Of a stretch of 64,000 nucleotides of DNA, positions 50,325 to 59,520 are shown in pieces. This DNA comes from an uncultured Nitrospiraceae bacterium (GTDB lineage: Bacteria; Nitrospirota; 9FT-COMBO-42-15; HDB-SIOI813), in assembly GCA_964611625.1 (NCBI GenBank), contig CAZTAM010000004.1:81138-145137 (forward strand). The letters are read 5' to 3'. A program made the translations under genes and the position numbers. Below the pieces are notes generated by a model. It had not been told where the DNA came from. It did not search any database and saw nothing but the letters and a program-made list of their open reading frames with translations. Position 1 is the first letter of the stretch. Each line of letters begins with the position of its first letter.

Positions 50325-50406
50325 TATTCCCGTTACGGAGAGAAATGACCTTCAGAAGAAAGGGAAAAAATGCCGCTGTTTTGGCATAGAAACAGGGACC
50401 GGTCAT

Positions 50407-50468
50407 CTACCCTGAGGATTATTTTCCAACAGATCCTCAGGGTAGGTTTACCGTTTTTTTCTTTTTTA
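50407..50468 (+). terminator. Rho-independent terminator after the pilin gene
   Basis: Perfect 13-bp stem ctaccctgaggat / atcctcagggtag followed by a T-rich tract (gtttaccgtttttttctttttt). Confidence 0.7.
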
Positions 50469-50628
50469 TCGATCCTCTCCGGTTATTATGTAATTTGGCG
50501 CATCTCCCCTGATAGTCTCTTATCAGAAGTCATCTTGAAGACACGAAGCGGAATCTTCCTTACATTTTTGGGGGGGGTATTACTCATGATATGGATGCAC
50601 AGGACTTTAAAATAAACACAGGTCATCT

Positions 50629-51576
50629 ATGAAACAGTACATCACTATAAGCGGGGATAAGGGTTTTACACTGGTTGAACTGGCCATCGTCCTTGTAATT
50701 ATTGGTATGCTCATCGCAGTTGGAGCTGGAATGATGGGCCCCCTGGTCAAGACTGCAAAATATAACGAAACCAGGGAGACTGTGAATGCCGCTGTTTCAG
50801 GAATGATCGGTTTTGGTACAACAAACAACCGGTTACCCAATACGACTGAATTTCCCTCAACCGTAAGAACCCCGAAGGACTCCTGGAATAATTCTCTCTA
50901 TTATATACCCGATGCCAGCCTGATAAACACAACAGCAGGGGGGATATGCGGCAGAAAAACAACCGGCATCAGTATTGTTTTATGTCCGGACTCAGGCTGT
51001 GCAGCGCCAACGAGTACTATACCCAATATAGCATTTGCTGTTATCAGCGGGGCTGCGAACTTCAATATTCAGACGGGAAATTCAGCTGGCACTGTAAGGG
51101 TATACAATCCGGATATCGCTGGTATAGATAATTACGCCGGTGATATGACAAGGCTTGAAGCATACGATGATATCGTCAAGTGGATGACCCTTGATGAACT
51201 CCGGATAAGGTCCGGATGCACAGGGGCACAACTTAAAATCATAAATAGCGAACTCCCCTCCGGCAAGTCCGGAAGTTCTTACAGCGCTACTGTATTCCCT
51301 GACGGGGGAGCGCCCTATGCTGCAGGCGGGAAATACAGGTGGTGCGTGCAGGGAAGCGTGCCTGCAGGACTAACACCCTCCCCGAATACGACCAGCATCA
51401 ACTGCACTGGTCTGGCAGAAGGATCGTGGGGACAGTCGGATACCCTTGGCCTGGCCGGTACGCCGGCAACTGCAGGGAGTTATAACATGATCATATTTAC
51501 CAGAGATAACAATGACAGCAGCGGGGCCAATGACAATATCGCTCAGAGGTCATTGGTGATCACGGTCAATCCATGA
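50629..51576 (+). CDS. Large type IV pilin-like protein with a C-terminal Ig-like (putative-Ig / He_PIG-like) domain
   Basis: Prepilin N-terminus DKG|FTLVELAIVLVIIGMLIA. The C-terminal roughly 100 aa (LPSGKSGSSYSATV...TGLAEGSWGQSDTLGLAGTPATAGSYNMIIFTRD) resembles bacterial Ig-like adhesin domains. Confidence 0.65.
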   Translation: MKQYITISGDKGFTLVELAIVLVIIGMLIAVGAGMMGPLVKTAKYNETRETVNAAVSGMIGFGTTNNRLPNTTEFPSTVRTPKDSWNNSLYYIPDASLINTTAGGICGRKTTGISIVLCPDSGCAAPTSTIPNIAFAVISGAANFNIQTGNSAGTVRVYNPDIAGIDNYAGDMTRLEAYDDIVKWMTLDELRIRSGCTGAQLKIINSELPSGKSGSSYSATVFPDGGAPYAAGGKYRWCVQGSVPAGLTPSPNTTSINCTGLAEGSWGQSDTLGLAGTPATAGSYNMIIFTRDNNDSSGANDNIAQRSLVITVNP

Positions 51577-51610
51577 GTTTGAACAGTTCAATAAGGCAGT
51601 TCGGGGGCAA

Positions 51611-52945
51611 GTGATGAAACCTGTGGTAGTCGTCAGTTTTGAGGATCAATCAATAAGAGTTATCTATGCCTCTAAAAAAAAGGGGGGCATGAAGGCAACG
51701 GATGTTATCACCCTGAATGAGGCACAGTTCGCAGATTTCCTGAGGAGCGAGAAAACAAGGGAATTTATAGTGGTCAGCAATTTCAGGGAGAATTTCCAGG
51801 ACACAATTTCAATGCCGGTGGTTAAGAAAAAATATCTTGAAAAGATTATCGAAATTGAGATACGGAAAAGGTGCCAATTTAAGGACTTCTCATATATTTA
51901 TTCTCTCTCAGGAGAAAAAATAATTGAAAACAGGAAGACACTTGAAGTCTTTGTCTTTGCCGTCAGAAACGATGAAGTAATGAATCTGATCAGCAGGTTT
52001 ACGGATATGGGGAAAAGGGTAAAGGCAATTTATCCGGATGTCTTTTCTCTGGCAAGGATGGCAGGGACTGATGGAAAATACGGTCTGTGCGTATCAATCT
52101 CTGGTCAGGGCAAGAAACTGTTTCTTAGCAGGGATGGAAGGATAGGTTTGATACGGGAGGCCAATTCACCGGAATCAGACATGACAGACTATGACATGAG
52201 GAATATTGAGATGACTGTCAATTATTGCAGGCAGACGCTCAGGATAAACCCGTCATTCATAATCCTGACAGGGAATCTTTCCAGCAATTACAAGGTATCA
52301 GTGAACACACCCGTGCCTGTTATCTGCCTCCCTCCTCCTCATGGCATTCATATGGATAGCCGCGTAATACTGGAATATATGACTGCAGTATCAGCCCTTT
52401 ATGCCGACAAATGCATCGACATTGCCCCGCGTTCCTACAAGAGTATCAATTTTACGATGGAACTTCTCAGATATTCTGCTGCGGCATTTCTCTGTCTGAC
52501 TGTTCTGTCTATTGTTTATACGATAATAGTCGTTAAGAGCACCCTGCCGATCAGAGAAAAGTTTCAGAATTCCATCAGAGATCTGCCTGACATAGACATG
52601 GTTCTTTCATCCTATGAGAGGGAAGTGTCCAGACTGAATGAATACGGCCCGCTCATGTCATCTCTTGAGAGATCCATGGATACACCTGACATCCTGAATT
52701 TGCTCAATTCATTTACCCGATTAAAGGGAGACAGCATCAGGATTGATTCCCTGGATGTAACCCTGAATGACGGAGTGCTCCAATGCAAGATTGAAGGCAG
52801 CGCTATTACTGAAAACTATGCAGTAGCCGGGAGATCCTATGAGAAATTCATGAGATCGCTTGGCGATATAAGGGGGCTTACGGTTACAAAGAATGTTTTT
52901 GAACTGAAAGAAAAGAAATTATTCGTGGAGGCGGATTACAGGTGA
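51611..52945 (+). CDS. MshI/PilM-GspL-like pilus assembly protein (cytoplasmic actin-like domain, TM segment, periplasmic domain)
   Basis: 444 aa with a single TM segment near residue 290 (FLCLTVLSIVYTIIVV). Assignment rests partly on position in the T4P cluster. Confidence 0.5.
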   Translation: MMKPVVVVSFEDQSIRVIYASKKKGGMKATDVITLNEAQFADFLRSEKTREFIVVSNFRENFQDTISMPVVKKKYLEKIIEIEIRKRCQFKDFSYIYSLSGEKIIENRKTLEVFVFAVRNDEVMNLISRFTDMGKRVKAIYPDVFSLARMAGTDGKYGLCVSISGQGKKLFLSRDGRIGLIREANSPESDMTDYDMRNIEMTVNYCRQTLRINPSFIILTGNLSSNYKVSVNTPVPVICLPPPHGIHMDSRVILEYMTAVSALYADKCIDIAPRSYKSINFTMELLRYSAAAFLCLTVLSIVYTIIVVKSTLPIREKFQNSIRDLPDIDMVLSSYEREVSRLNEYGPLMSSLERSMDTPDILNLLNSFTRLKGDSIRIDSLDVTLNDGVLQCKIEGSAITENYAVAGRSYEKFMRSLGDIRGLTVTKNVFELKEKKLFVEADYR

Positions 52946-53502
52946 ACAGTACCAGAGACCTCAAAAACAGAGTTTATCTCCATCTGGCGGCCGGAATTCT
53001 GCTGTCTGTGGTCCTTTGTGTTCTTATTCTGGCCAGCAAGTATAAGGACAGTCTCATTACAGCTACTGCGGAACCGGATGCCCTGCGTATGAATGTCCTG
53101 AAGATGGAACATCTCACCAGGGTTATGCAAGAAAATCAGTCTTATGCCGTCAGACTGCTTCCGGCAGATTATAATTCGAGAAGTCATCAGGAGATACTAC
53201 TGCTATCCCTTGAAGGAGTGAGGCGTTATATCAAAGGCGCTGATATTATTGTTGGTAATTTTACGGAGGAGAACGACGAGCTTACTCTGCCTGTAACGCT
53301 GGAATTCAGTGCTGGACAATACTATGAAGGTTTGAACACCGCAGGATATCTCCTGGGCCTTAGATTTCCCTATTTCAGAATCCGGAACATTGCCGCGAAA
53401 AGGAATGATGCGGCTCATGAGATCTCCTGGAGAATTGAAGGGTCATTCAGGATCCCGTCCGGGAGGATCACGGGGATTCCTGACCAGGGGGCTTCACATT
53501 GA
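52942..53502 (+). CDS. MshJ/PilO-like bitopic pilus assembly protein
   Basis: N-terminal TM segment plus a periplasmic domain. Translationally coupled to both neighbours. Confidence 0.45.
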   Translation: MNSTRDLKNRVYLHLAAGILLSVVLCVLILASKYKDSLITATAEPDALRMNVLKMEHLTRVMQENQSYAVRLLPADYNSRSHQEILLLSLEGVRRYIKGADIIVGNFTEENDELTLPVTLEFSAGQYYEGLNTAGYLLGLRFPYFRIRNIAAKRNDAAHEISWRIEGSFRIPSGRITGIPDQGASH

Positions 53503-54023
53503 TGGATTCAAGATTAAAGGTATTGGCAGTGCTCCCATTTGTGATAATAGCTGCATCGCTTATTCTGATTAACAGGATTGATATGGGGCATCTGGTCATT
53601 AAAACGGATCAGCAGAAACTGCTGAATTTTCCTGTTGAGGAGTCAGAAATGGAAATTCAAAAACCGGAACCTGTCATCAACTACTCTTCGGTAAAGCATG
53701 CAAATCTATTTTATCCGGAGTCAAATGGAAAGGATGCCGGAATGGTATCTTCAAAAAAAGCGCATAGCGTTCCGGATCAGTCTGACAACAAACCTCTTCA
53801 GAAAGAAAACTTGCAATCAATTCAGCCTCGTTATGATGCTTACGTAAATCCGAAACTTACGTTTGTGGTACTGAATGGCGACCGCAGTATTGCGATAATG
53901 GGTGAACGTGTCTTGCATGAAGGCGATTCCGTAATGGGTATGACCATTCAAAGGATCGAAAAAGGCAGGGTCCTGGTTAAGGATAAAACCCTCAGATGGA
54001 TATATATGGAGGAAGAAAAATGA
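53499..54023 (+). CDS. MshK/PilP-like pilus assembly protein
   Basis: N-terminal TM/signal segment and a C-terminal beta domain. The start overlaps the upstream stop, and the stop overlaps the secretin start (ATGA). Confidence 0.45.
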   Translation: MMDSRLKVLAVLPFVIIAASLILINRIDMGHLVIKTDQQKLLNFPVEESEMEIQKPEPVINYSSVKHANLFYPESNGKDAGMVSSKKAHSVPDQSDNKPLQKENLQSIQPRYDAYVNPKLTFVVLNGDRSIAIMGERVLHEGDSVMGMTIQRIEKGRVLVKDKTLRWIYMEEEK

Positions 54024-55615
54024 ACAGGTTTAATGGTCTTGTACCTCTTACAGTGCTGATGGTTCTACTGACATGTCCGCTCATATCGTCGTGCGCGTCC
54101 GGCAGATATGCCGGGAAGTCTCAGCCGGCAAGGGAACCTGGAGTGGAGAGCAGCATACCGGATAAGTCAAGTCATGATTTAGTTGATGAGTTCAGTCTCC
54201 CGGGAAAGGCCAAAACAGTCCCGAAGATTGATTTTGTTCCTGTGAGCGAGGAGTTATCACCGTTAAAGACAAGAACTATCTCGATATCGGCCAGGAATAC
54301 TCCTCTCAGGGATGTACTCTATACCATAGCAGAGTCTGCCTTCCTGAATCTGGTTATTGACAGAGGGGTGGACCCTGAAATGCCGGTTACAATCACTCTC
54401 AAGAATATGAATATTCAGGATGTTCTTGAGACCGTGCTCTCGTCGGTTGATTATTTCTATACAGTCCAGAACAACATCCTCACCATTAAGCTGCTGGATA
54501 CAAAGATGTTCGAATTTGGACAACCATCCGTGATCCAGGATTATTCCATAATGGTGGGTGGTGATATGCTTGGAAATACCAAGACCGGCGCTGCAGGTGT
54601 CAGCGGCAATATCACACAAAAAATAGAAACGGACAAGGATTCATTCAAATTCTGGGACTCCGTTGAGAAGGGAATTGCGGGAATACTCAATGTTCAGCCC
54701 AATCAGCAGCAATCTTCGGCAGGCTCATCACAAGCGGTACCCGGATTCAGCGTTACCAGGATGACAGGGACTATCGTCGTGACGGCTTCGAGAAAAGACC
54801 TCAGAAGGGTTGAGAATTATTTAAATATCCTGAAGATGACTCTCAGGAGGCAGGTCCTGGTCGAGGCCCGTATTGTAGAAGTGCAGTTGACTGACAGTCT
54901 CCAGTATGGAATAGACTGGAGCTTCCTCGGCAGGGGATGGGACAGTGTCGGTAAATTTGCAGCCGGTACGACCGGTTTTACAAATCCTCTTAATTCTCTT
55001 CCGAATTTCAACATTACTATGACAGGAGGAGATTTTACATCTCTGCTGAGGGCGCTGCAGCAGCAGGGTAATATCAACGTCCTTTCAAACCCAAGGGTAA
55101 ACATCATGAACGGTCAGACGGCGTTTCTGAGTGTCGGCAGAAAAGTTGACTTCATTTCAAAAGTTGAGACTACCTCAACCGGCGCCTCAACCACGGTACC
55201 GACTGTAACTTACTCTGTTGAGACGAGCAGTGTGCTTTCAGGGATCATGTTCGGCATTGTTCCATACATCAACAACCAGGATGACAATAACATAACCCTG
55301 ACAATATCACCGATTATTACAGATCTCGTCAGGCTTGACAGCAAAACCATCGGGGCCTCCGGCAGCAACGCTGTCGAACTTTCCCTGCCGACAGTGGACT
55401 TAAGAGAGCTGAGTACAACGGTACAGGTCAAAGACGGCCAGATGGTCATCATAGGAGGTTTGATTCAGAATAAGGACAGGCTTGCAGACAACAATGTTCC
55501 GTATCTTGCTCAAATACCGCTGATCGGCCATCTGTTCAGGAACAGGGACAGAAGTAATGAAAAGACCGAATTGATTATCATGCTTAAACCTTTAATTGTG
55601 TCGGAACCTATATAG
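54020..55615 (+). CDS. Secretin (MshL/PilQ/GspD family) lipoprotein
   Basis: Lipobox LISSCAS. C-terminal secretin domain (NVLSNPRVNIMNGQTAFLSVG...ELIIMLKPLIV). Start taken at MNRFNG; the ORF track starts at 53996. Confidence 0.85.
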   Translation: MNRFNGLVPLTVLMVLLTCPLISSCASGRYAGKSQPAREPGVESSIPDKSSHDLVDEFSLPGKAKTVPKIDFVPVSEELSPLKTRTISISARNTPLRDVLYTIAESAFLNLVIDRGVDPEMPVTITLKNMNIQDVLETVLSSVDYFYTVQNNILTIKLLDTKMFEFGQPSVIQDYSIMVGGDMLGNTKTGAAGVSGNITQKIETDKDSFKFWDSVEKGIAGILNVQPNQQQSSAGSSQAVPGFSVTRMTGTIVVTASRKDLRRVENYLNILKMTLRRQVLVEARIVEVQLTDSLQYGIDWSFLGRGWDSVGKFAAGTTGFTNPLNSLPNFNITMTGGDFTSLLRALQQQGNINVLSNPRVNIMNGQTAFLSVGRKVDFISKVETTSTGASTTVPTVTYSVETSSVLSGIMFGIVPYINNQDDNNITLTISPIITDLVRLDSKTIGASGSNAVELSLPTVDLRELSTTVQVKDGQMVIIGGLIQNKDRLADNNVPYLAQIPLIGHLFRNRDRSNEKTELIIMLKPLIVSEPI

Positions 55616-55667
55616 ATGCTGCGTGATAACTGCCCGGGCTGCACATCATGTGCAAAGGAGATAAAAG

Positions 55668-57320
55668 ATGGCGCCGCTTAAGCTTGGTGAATTGCTCATT
55701 TCCAAAGGGCTCCTGAGCAGGGAGCAATTCATAGTAGCGATGGCAAAGCAGGCCGTCACAGGGACCCTCATTGGAGAAACGCTGACTAAGCTCGGGTTTG
55801 TCTCATCAATGGAAATGGGACAGGTGCTGGCTGAGCAGGCGGGAATTGAATTCATTGATGTAAGCAGGTATGCCATATCCAACGAGGTCCTCGAGCTCGT
55901 CCCGCGGGAGACTGCAGAGGCTACCGGCTTCTTACCGCTCGAAATCAGGGACGGTGTTTTAAGTATCGGGATGACCAATCCCAACAATATTCATGCAATT
56001 GACGTTGCCACACGCCTGAGCGGAAAGGCTCCAAAGGTATATATGGTCGATTCGGAAACCTTCCAGGAGATGCTTGAGAAAGCCTATTTTTTTCTGAAGC
56101 ACCCTATTCATCACAGCATTGAAAAGATAATCAGCGATCTAAAGAAAGGTGTTGAAGTATCCGGAGCCATGATCTCCTCTCTTACTGAATTCCTGCTGAT
56201 GGACGGAATAAGGAGAAATGCATCAGACATCCATATCACACCTGAGCATGAGACACTGGATGTCTCCTGCAGGATAGATGGTGTACTAAAGTACATATAC
56301 TGTCTTCCCAAGTCCGTGCATACCGGCGTGGTCTCAAGGATCAAGATTCTGTCGAGTCTCGACATTGCCGAGCAGAGGCTTCCACAGGGAGGATCATTCA
56401 GTTTCCCTCTCATGAACAAAGTCTATGAAATACGCGTGTCAGTTGTTCCAACTATTTACGGAGAAAACCTCGTCATGAGGGTACTGAGCGGATCAAAGGC
56501 CCTTTTGAGTATGGTGGGGCTTGGCTTTGACGAGCAGGACACGAAAAGACTGCGGTCACTCTTTTCCAAACCTCACGGCATGATCATGGTCGCAGGCCCT
56601 ACCGGAAGTGGAAAAACGACGACACTTTACTCAGCGCTGAGGGAGATAAATATCATTGAGAAGAATGTGCTTACTGTTGAAGACCCCGTGGAATACAGAC
56701 TCAGTATGGTCAAACAGACACAGGTATCCTCAAAATCAGGATATGACTTTGCTTTGGCCGGAAAAAGCTTCATGAGGCAGGATCCGGATGCGATGCTTAT
56801 CGGAGAAATCAGGGATGAAGAAACTGCAACGATTGCCATAAGGGCATCTATAACCGGGCATCTGGTTCTCAGTACGATACATACCAATGATTCGGCCACT
56901 GTCATCCCGCGTTTGATTGATCTTAATGTTGACCGCTTTCTCTTGTCTACAGCTCTTCTTGCTGTCATTTCCCAGAGGCTCATCAGAAAGGTATGCAGTT
57001 ATTGCAGAAAAGAACATATCTATGCCCCCGGCGAATTGACAGGAATGGGTTTTCCGGAAGTTGAAGGGAAAGCAATGACGACTTATAAGGGAGAGGGCTG
57101 CTCTTCATGTAATAATACAGGCTACATAGGCAGAACGGTTATCGGCGAGATCCTGATTGTATCAGAAGAGATCAAGGGGCTTATTTACTCCAGCGGCGCT
57201 GTAAAGGCCATACAGGATGCAGCCAGGAGGGATGGAATGAAAACCATGAGAGAGAACGGGATTAGAAAGGCCATGGAGGGAATAACAACATTTGAAGAGG
57301 TGCTGAGGGTGACGGGATAG
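55668..57320 (+). CDS. MshE-type pilus extension ATPase (GspE/PilB family) with N-terminal MshEN c-di-GMP-binding domain
   Basis: Walker A GPTGSGKTTT, tetracysteine motif, and an N-terminal tandem KLGELLISKGLLSREQFIVAMAKQ / LIGETLTKLGFVSSMEMGQVLAEQ matching the MshEN c-di-GMP-binding motif. Confidence 0.85.
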   Translation: MAPLKLGELLISKGLLSREQFIVAMAKQAVTGTLIGETLTKLGFVSSMEMGQVLAEQAGIEFIDVSRYAISNEVLELVPRETAEATGFLPLEIRDGVLSIGMTNPNNIHAIDVATRLSGKAPKVYMVDSETFQEMLEKAYFFLKHPIHHSIEKIISDLKKGVEVSGAMISSLTEFLLMDGIRRNASDIHITPEHETLDVSCRIDGVLKYIYCLPKSVHTGVVSRIKILSSLDIAEQRLPQGGSFSFPLMNKVYEIRVSVVPTIYGENLVMRVLSGSKALLSMVGLGFDEQDTKRLRSLFSKPHGMIMVAGPTGSGKTTTLYSALREINIIEKNVLTVEDPVEYRLSMVKQTQVSSKSGYDFALAGKSFMRQDPDAMLIGEIRDEETATIAIRASITGHLVLSTIHTNDSATVIPRLIDLNVDRFLLSTALLAVISQRLIRKVCSYCRKEHIYAPGELTGMGFPEVEGKAMTTYKGEGCSSCNNTGYIGRTVIGEILIVSEEIKGLIYSSGAVKAIQDAARRDGMKTMRENGIRKAMEGITTFEEVLRVTG

Positions 57321-58534
57321 TGGCATTTTATTCTTATACAGCCGTGAATAGTGAAGGCGCACTTATCAGGGGGGCGATGGAGGGGAATGACCAGGAGTCC
57401 GTACGTGATGCAATGACCTCCTTCGGGCTCTATGTCATCTCACTAAGGAAGTTAAATCGCTTCAGTACATACATCCGGCAATTTGCTCTCATCAGGAGCA
57501 TCAAACGCGCAGATATTATTGAGTTTGCGAAGAATCTTTCTGTCATGGTGAGATCCGGCATCCCTATACTGAAAGCCCTTTCAGATATAGCCGATGGAAT
57601 GGAGAACAAGTACTTTCAACAGATCATCATTGGCATGAGAAGAAAAATAGAATTCGGCTCAAGCTTCTCAGATGCTGCTGCCAGCTGTAATGTTTTCCCT
57701 GATATCTTTGTCCGGCTGAGCAGGGTTGGGGAAGAGACCGGCAATCTTGAAAGAAGTTTCCTGGATGTGGCTAACCACCTTGAGAAGATGGAGGATCTTG
57801 CATCTTCCATCAAAAGGGCGCTAATCTACCCGGCATTCGCCATTGTCTCAACCTTCGGAGCCCTGTTATTCTGGCTTATATACGTCCTGCCTAAGGTGAT
57901 GGAGATATTCACAAATATGAGCCTTGATCTTCCCCTGCCGACAAGGATCCTGCTGTATATGAGCGACTTTTGCAGAGGCTACTGGTATCTGCTTCTGATA
58001 ACCCCGGTGGTTTTTCTGGCAGGCATCAAGCTGCTGAGGAAGAGAAAGCAAACCCGTTACTACATGGATCTCATGACTATAAAGCTCCCGGTGATAAAAC
58101 ACGTCACATACAACAGGCTTCTTGCCCTCTTTTCCGAACAACTCAGGATACTCACCGTTGCCGCTATTACCATTGACAGGTCACTGGAGACCATATCTGA
58201 TGTCATCGGAAATGAGGTCTTCAAGGATTCTGTTTCCAAAATAAGGGAAGAGATAGCGCTTGGAAGCAGGATATCGGATGCCGTATCAAGACAGAAGGTA
58301 TTTCCCAGACTATCTGTCAGAATGATCGAAGTTGGGGAGGCAAGCGGAAACCTGGATGAACAATTTGCACATCTCTCAGACCATTACCTCAAGGAACTGG
58401 ATGATATCTCGCGGAAGATAGGAGCGATGATTGAGCCCATCGTAATTGGTGTAATCGGTTTTCTATTTGCCCTTATCATCATGGGGCTGCTGCTGCCCAT
58501 TTATGATCTCGTAGCAAGGATTGGAACCGCATGA
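57320..58534 (+). CDS. Type IV pilus / T2SS platform protein (GspF/PilC/MshG family)
   Basis: Two T2SSF repeats; three TM segments; 404 aa. Confidence 0.85.
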   Translation: MAFYSYTAVNSEGALIRGAMEGNDQESVRDAMTSFGLYVISLRKLNRFSTYIRQFALIRSIKRADIIEFAKNLSVMVRSGIPILKALSDIADGMENKYFQQIIIGMRRKIEFGSSFSDAAASCNVFPDIFVRLSRVGEETGNLERSFLDVANHLEKMEDLASSIKRALIYPAFAIVSTFGALLFWLIYVLPKVMEIFTNMSLDLPLPTRILLYMSDFCRGYWYLLLITPVVFLAGIKLLRKRKQTRYYMDLMTIKLPVIKHVTYNRLLALFSEQLRILTVAAITIDRSLETISDVIGNEVFKDSVSKIREEIALGSRISDAVSRQKVFPRLSVRMIEVGEASGNLDEQFAHLSDHYLKELDDISRKIGAMIEPIVIGVIGFLFALIIMGLLLPIYDLVARIGTA

Positions 58535-59520
58535 ATATATTTGAATTTTTTGGCCTCAGAGAAGATCCGTTCAGGCTGTCGCCTGATCCGGATTTCTTTT
58601 ATCCATCGAGGGTTCACCAGCTCGCATTGAATTCGCTTGATTATACTGTGGAGCAGAAAGAGGGATTCTGCCTTATATCCGGGGACCCTGGCACAGGAAA
58701 GACCACTCTTCTGAAGATTTTTGTTTCTAAATGGAGGGATAGAGCAGAAGTCGCACTGATACTTACTCCCCGCCTTTCTCCGGAGGAGTTTATGATGGCA
58801 GTTCTTGACGAACTCAAGGTTGATTACAGCGGGGAGGGAAAGACCTACCTGCTGAAGGCCTTCAGAGACTTCCTTATCAGCAAATCCACGGCCGGGAGGC
58901 GCGTAATCATTATTGTTGATGAGGCCCAGAACTTATGTGACCAGACTCTCGAAGAACTGAGACTGCTGTCGAATCTTGAGACGGAAAAGGAAAAACTCCT
59001 GCAAATCATCCTCGTCGGTCAGACGGAGATCGAGCACCGCCTGAAGTCCAGCAGCCTGAGACAGCTTGATCAGAGAATAACCGTACGTGTCAGATTATGT
59101 CCGCTCACACGCGGGGAAATGGTCGAATACATCAACCACCGGCTGATACGGGCCGGCAAGGGATTTCTAAGGATAGAAGAAAAGATGGCTGGCCCGGTTT
59201 ATAGATACACAAAAGGGGTGCCAAGGATTATTAACATAGTCTCGGCAAGGACAATCATGTCAGCATATCTTGATGGCAAGAACATAATAACGCCAAAACA
59301 TGTAAAATATGCAATAAAAGATATAGACAGCCGGGGAGAAATAGAATCAACCGGATCTTATCTGCGCCGGACCTTCTATGCCATTGTCGCTATTTCTATA
59401 TTCGTTATATCATTCTCGGCAGGGTACACTTTCTTTGTGTACATGAAAAAAGAGCTGCCTCAGACTTCTGCCAGCGAAGCCCATCTGCAATCCCGGATAG
59501 TCTTAAAGACCGGGAATTAG
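58531..59520 (+). CDS. ExeA/MshM-family AAA+ ATPase with C-terminal TM anchor
   Basis: Walker A GDPGTGKTTLL and Walker B IIVDEAQ. Hydrophobic C-terminus. Confidence 0.75.
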   Translation: MNIFEFFGLREDPFRLSPDPDFFYPSRVHQLALNSLDYTVEQKEGFCLISGDPGTGKTTLLKIFVSKWRDRAEVALILTPRLSPEEFMMAVLDELKVDYSGEGKTYLLKAFRDFLISKSTAGRRVIIIVDEAQNLCDQTLEELRLLSNLETEKEKLLQIILVGQTEIEHRLKSSSLRQLDQRITVRVRLCPLTRGEMVEYINHRLIRAGKGFLRIEEKMAGPVYRYTKGVPRIINIVSARTIMSAYLDGKNIITPKHVKYAIKDIDSRGEIESTGSYLRRTFYAIVAISIFVISFSAGYTFFVYMKKELPQTSASEAHLQSRIVLKTGN

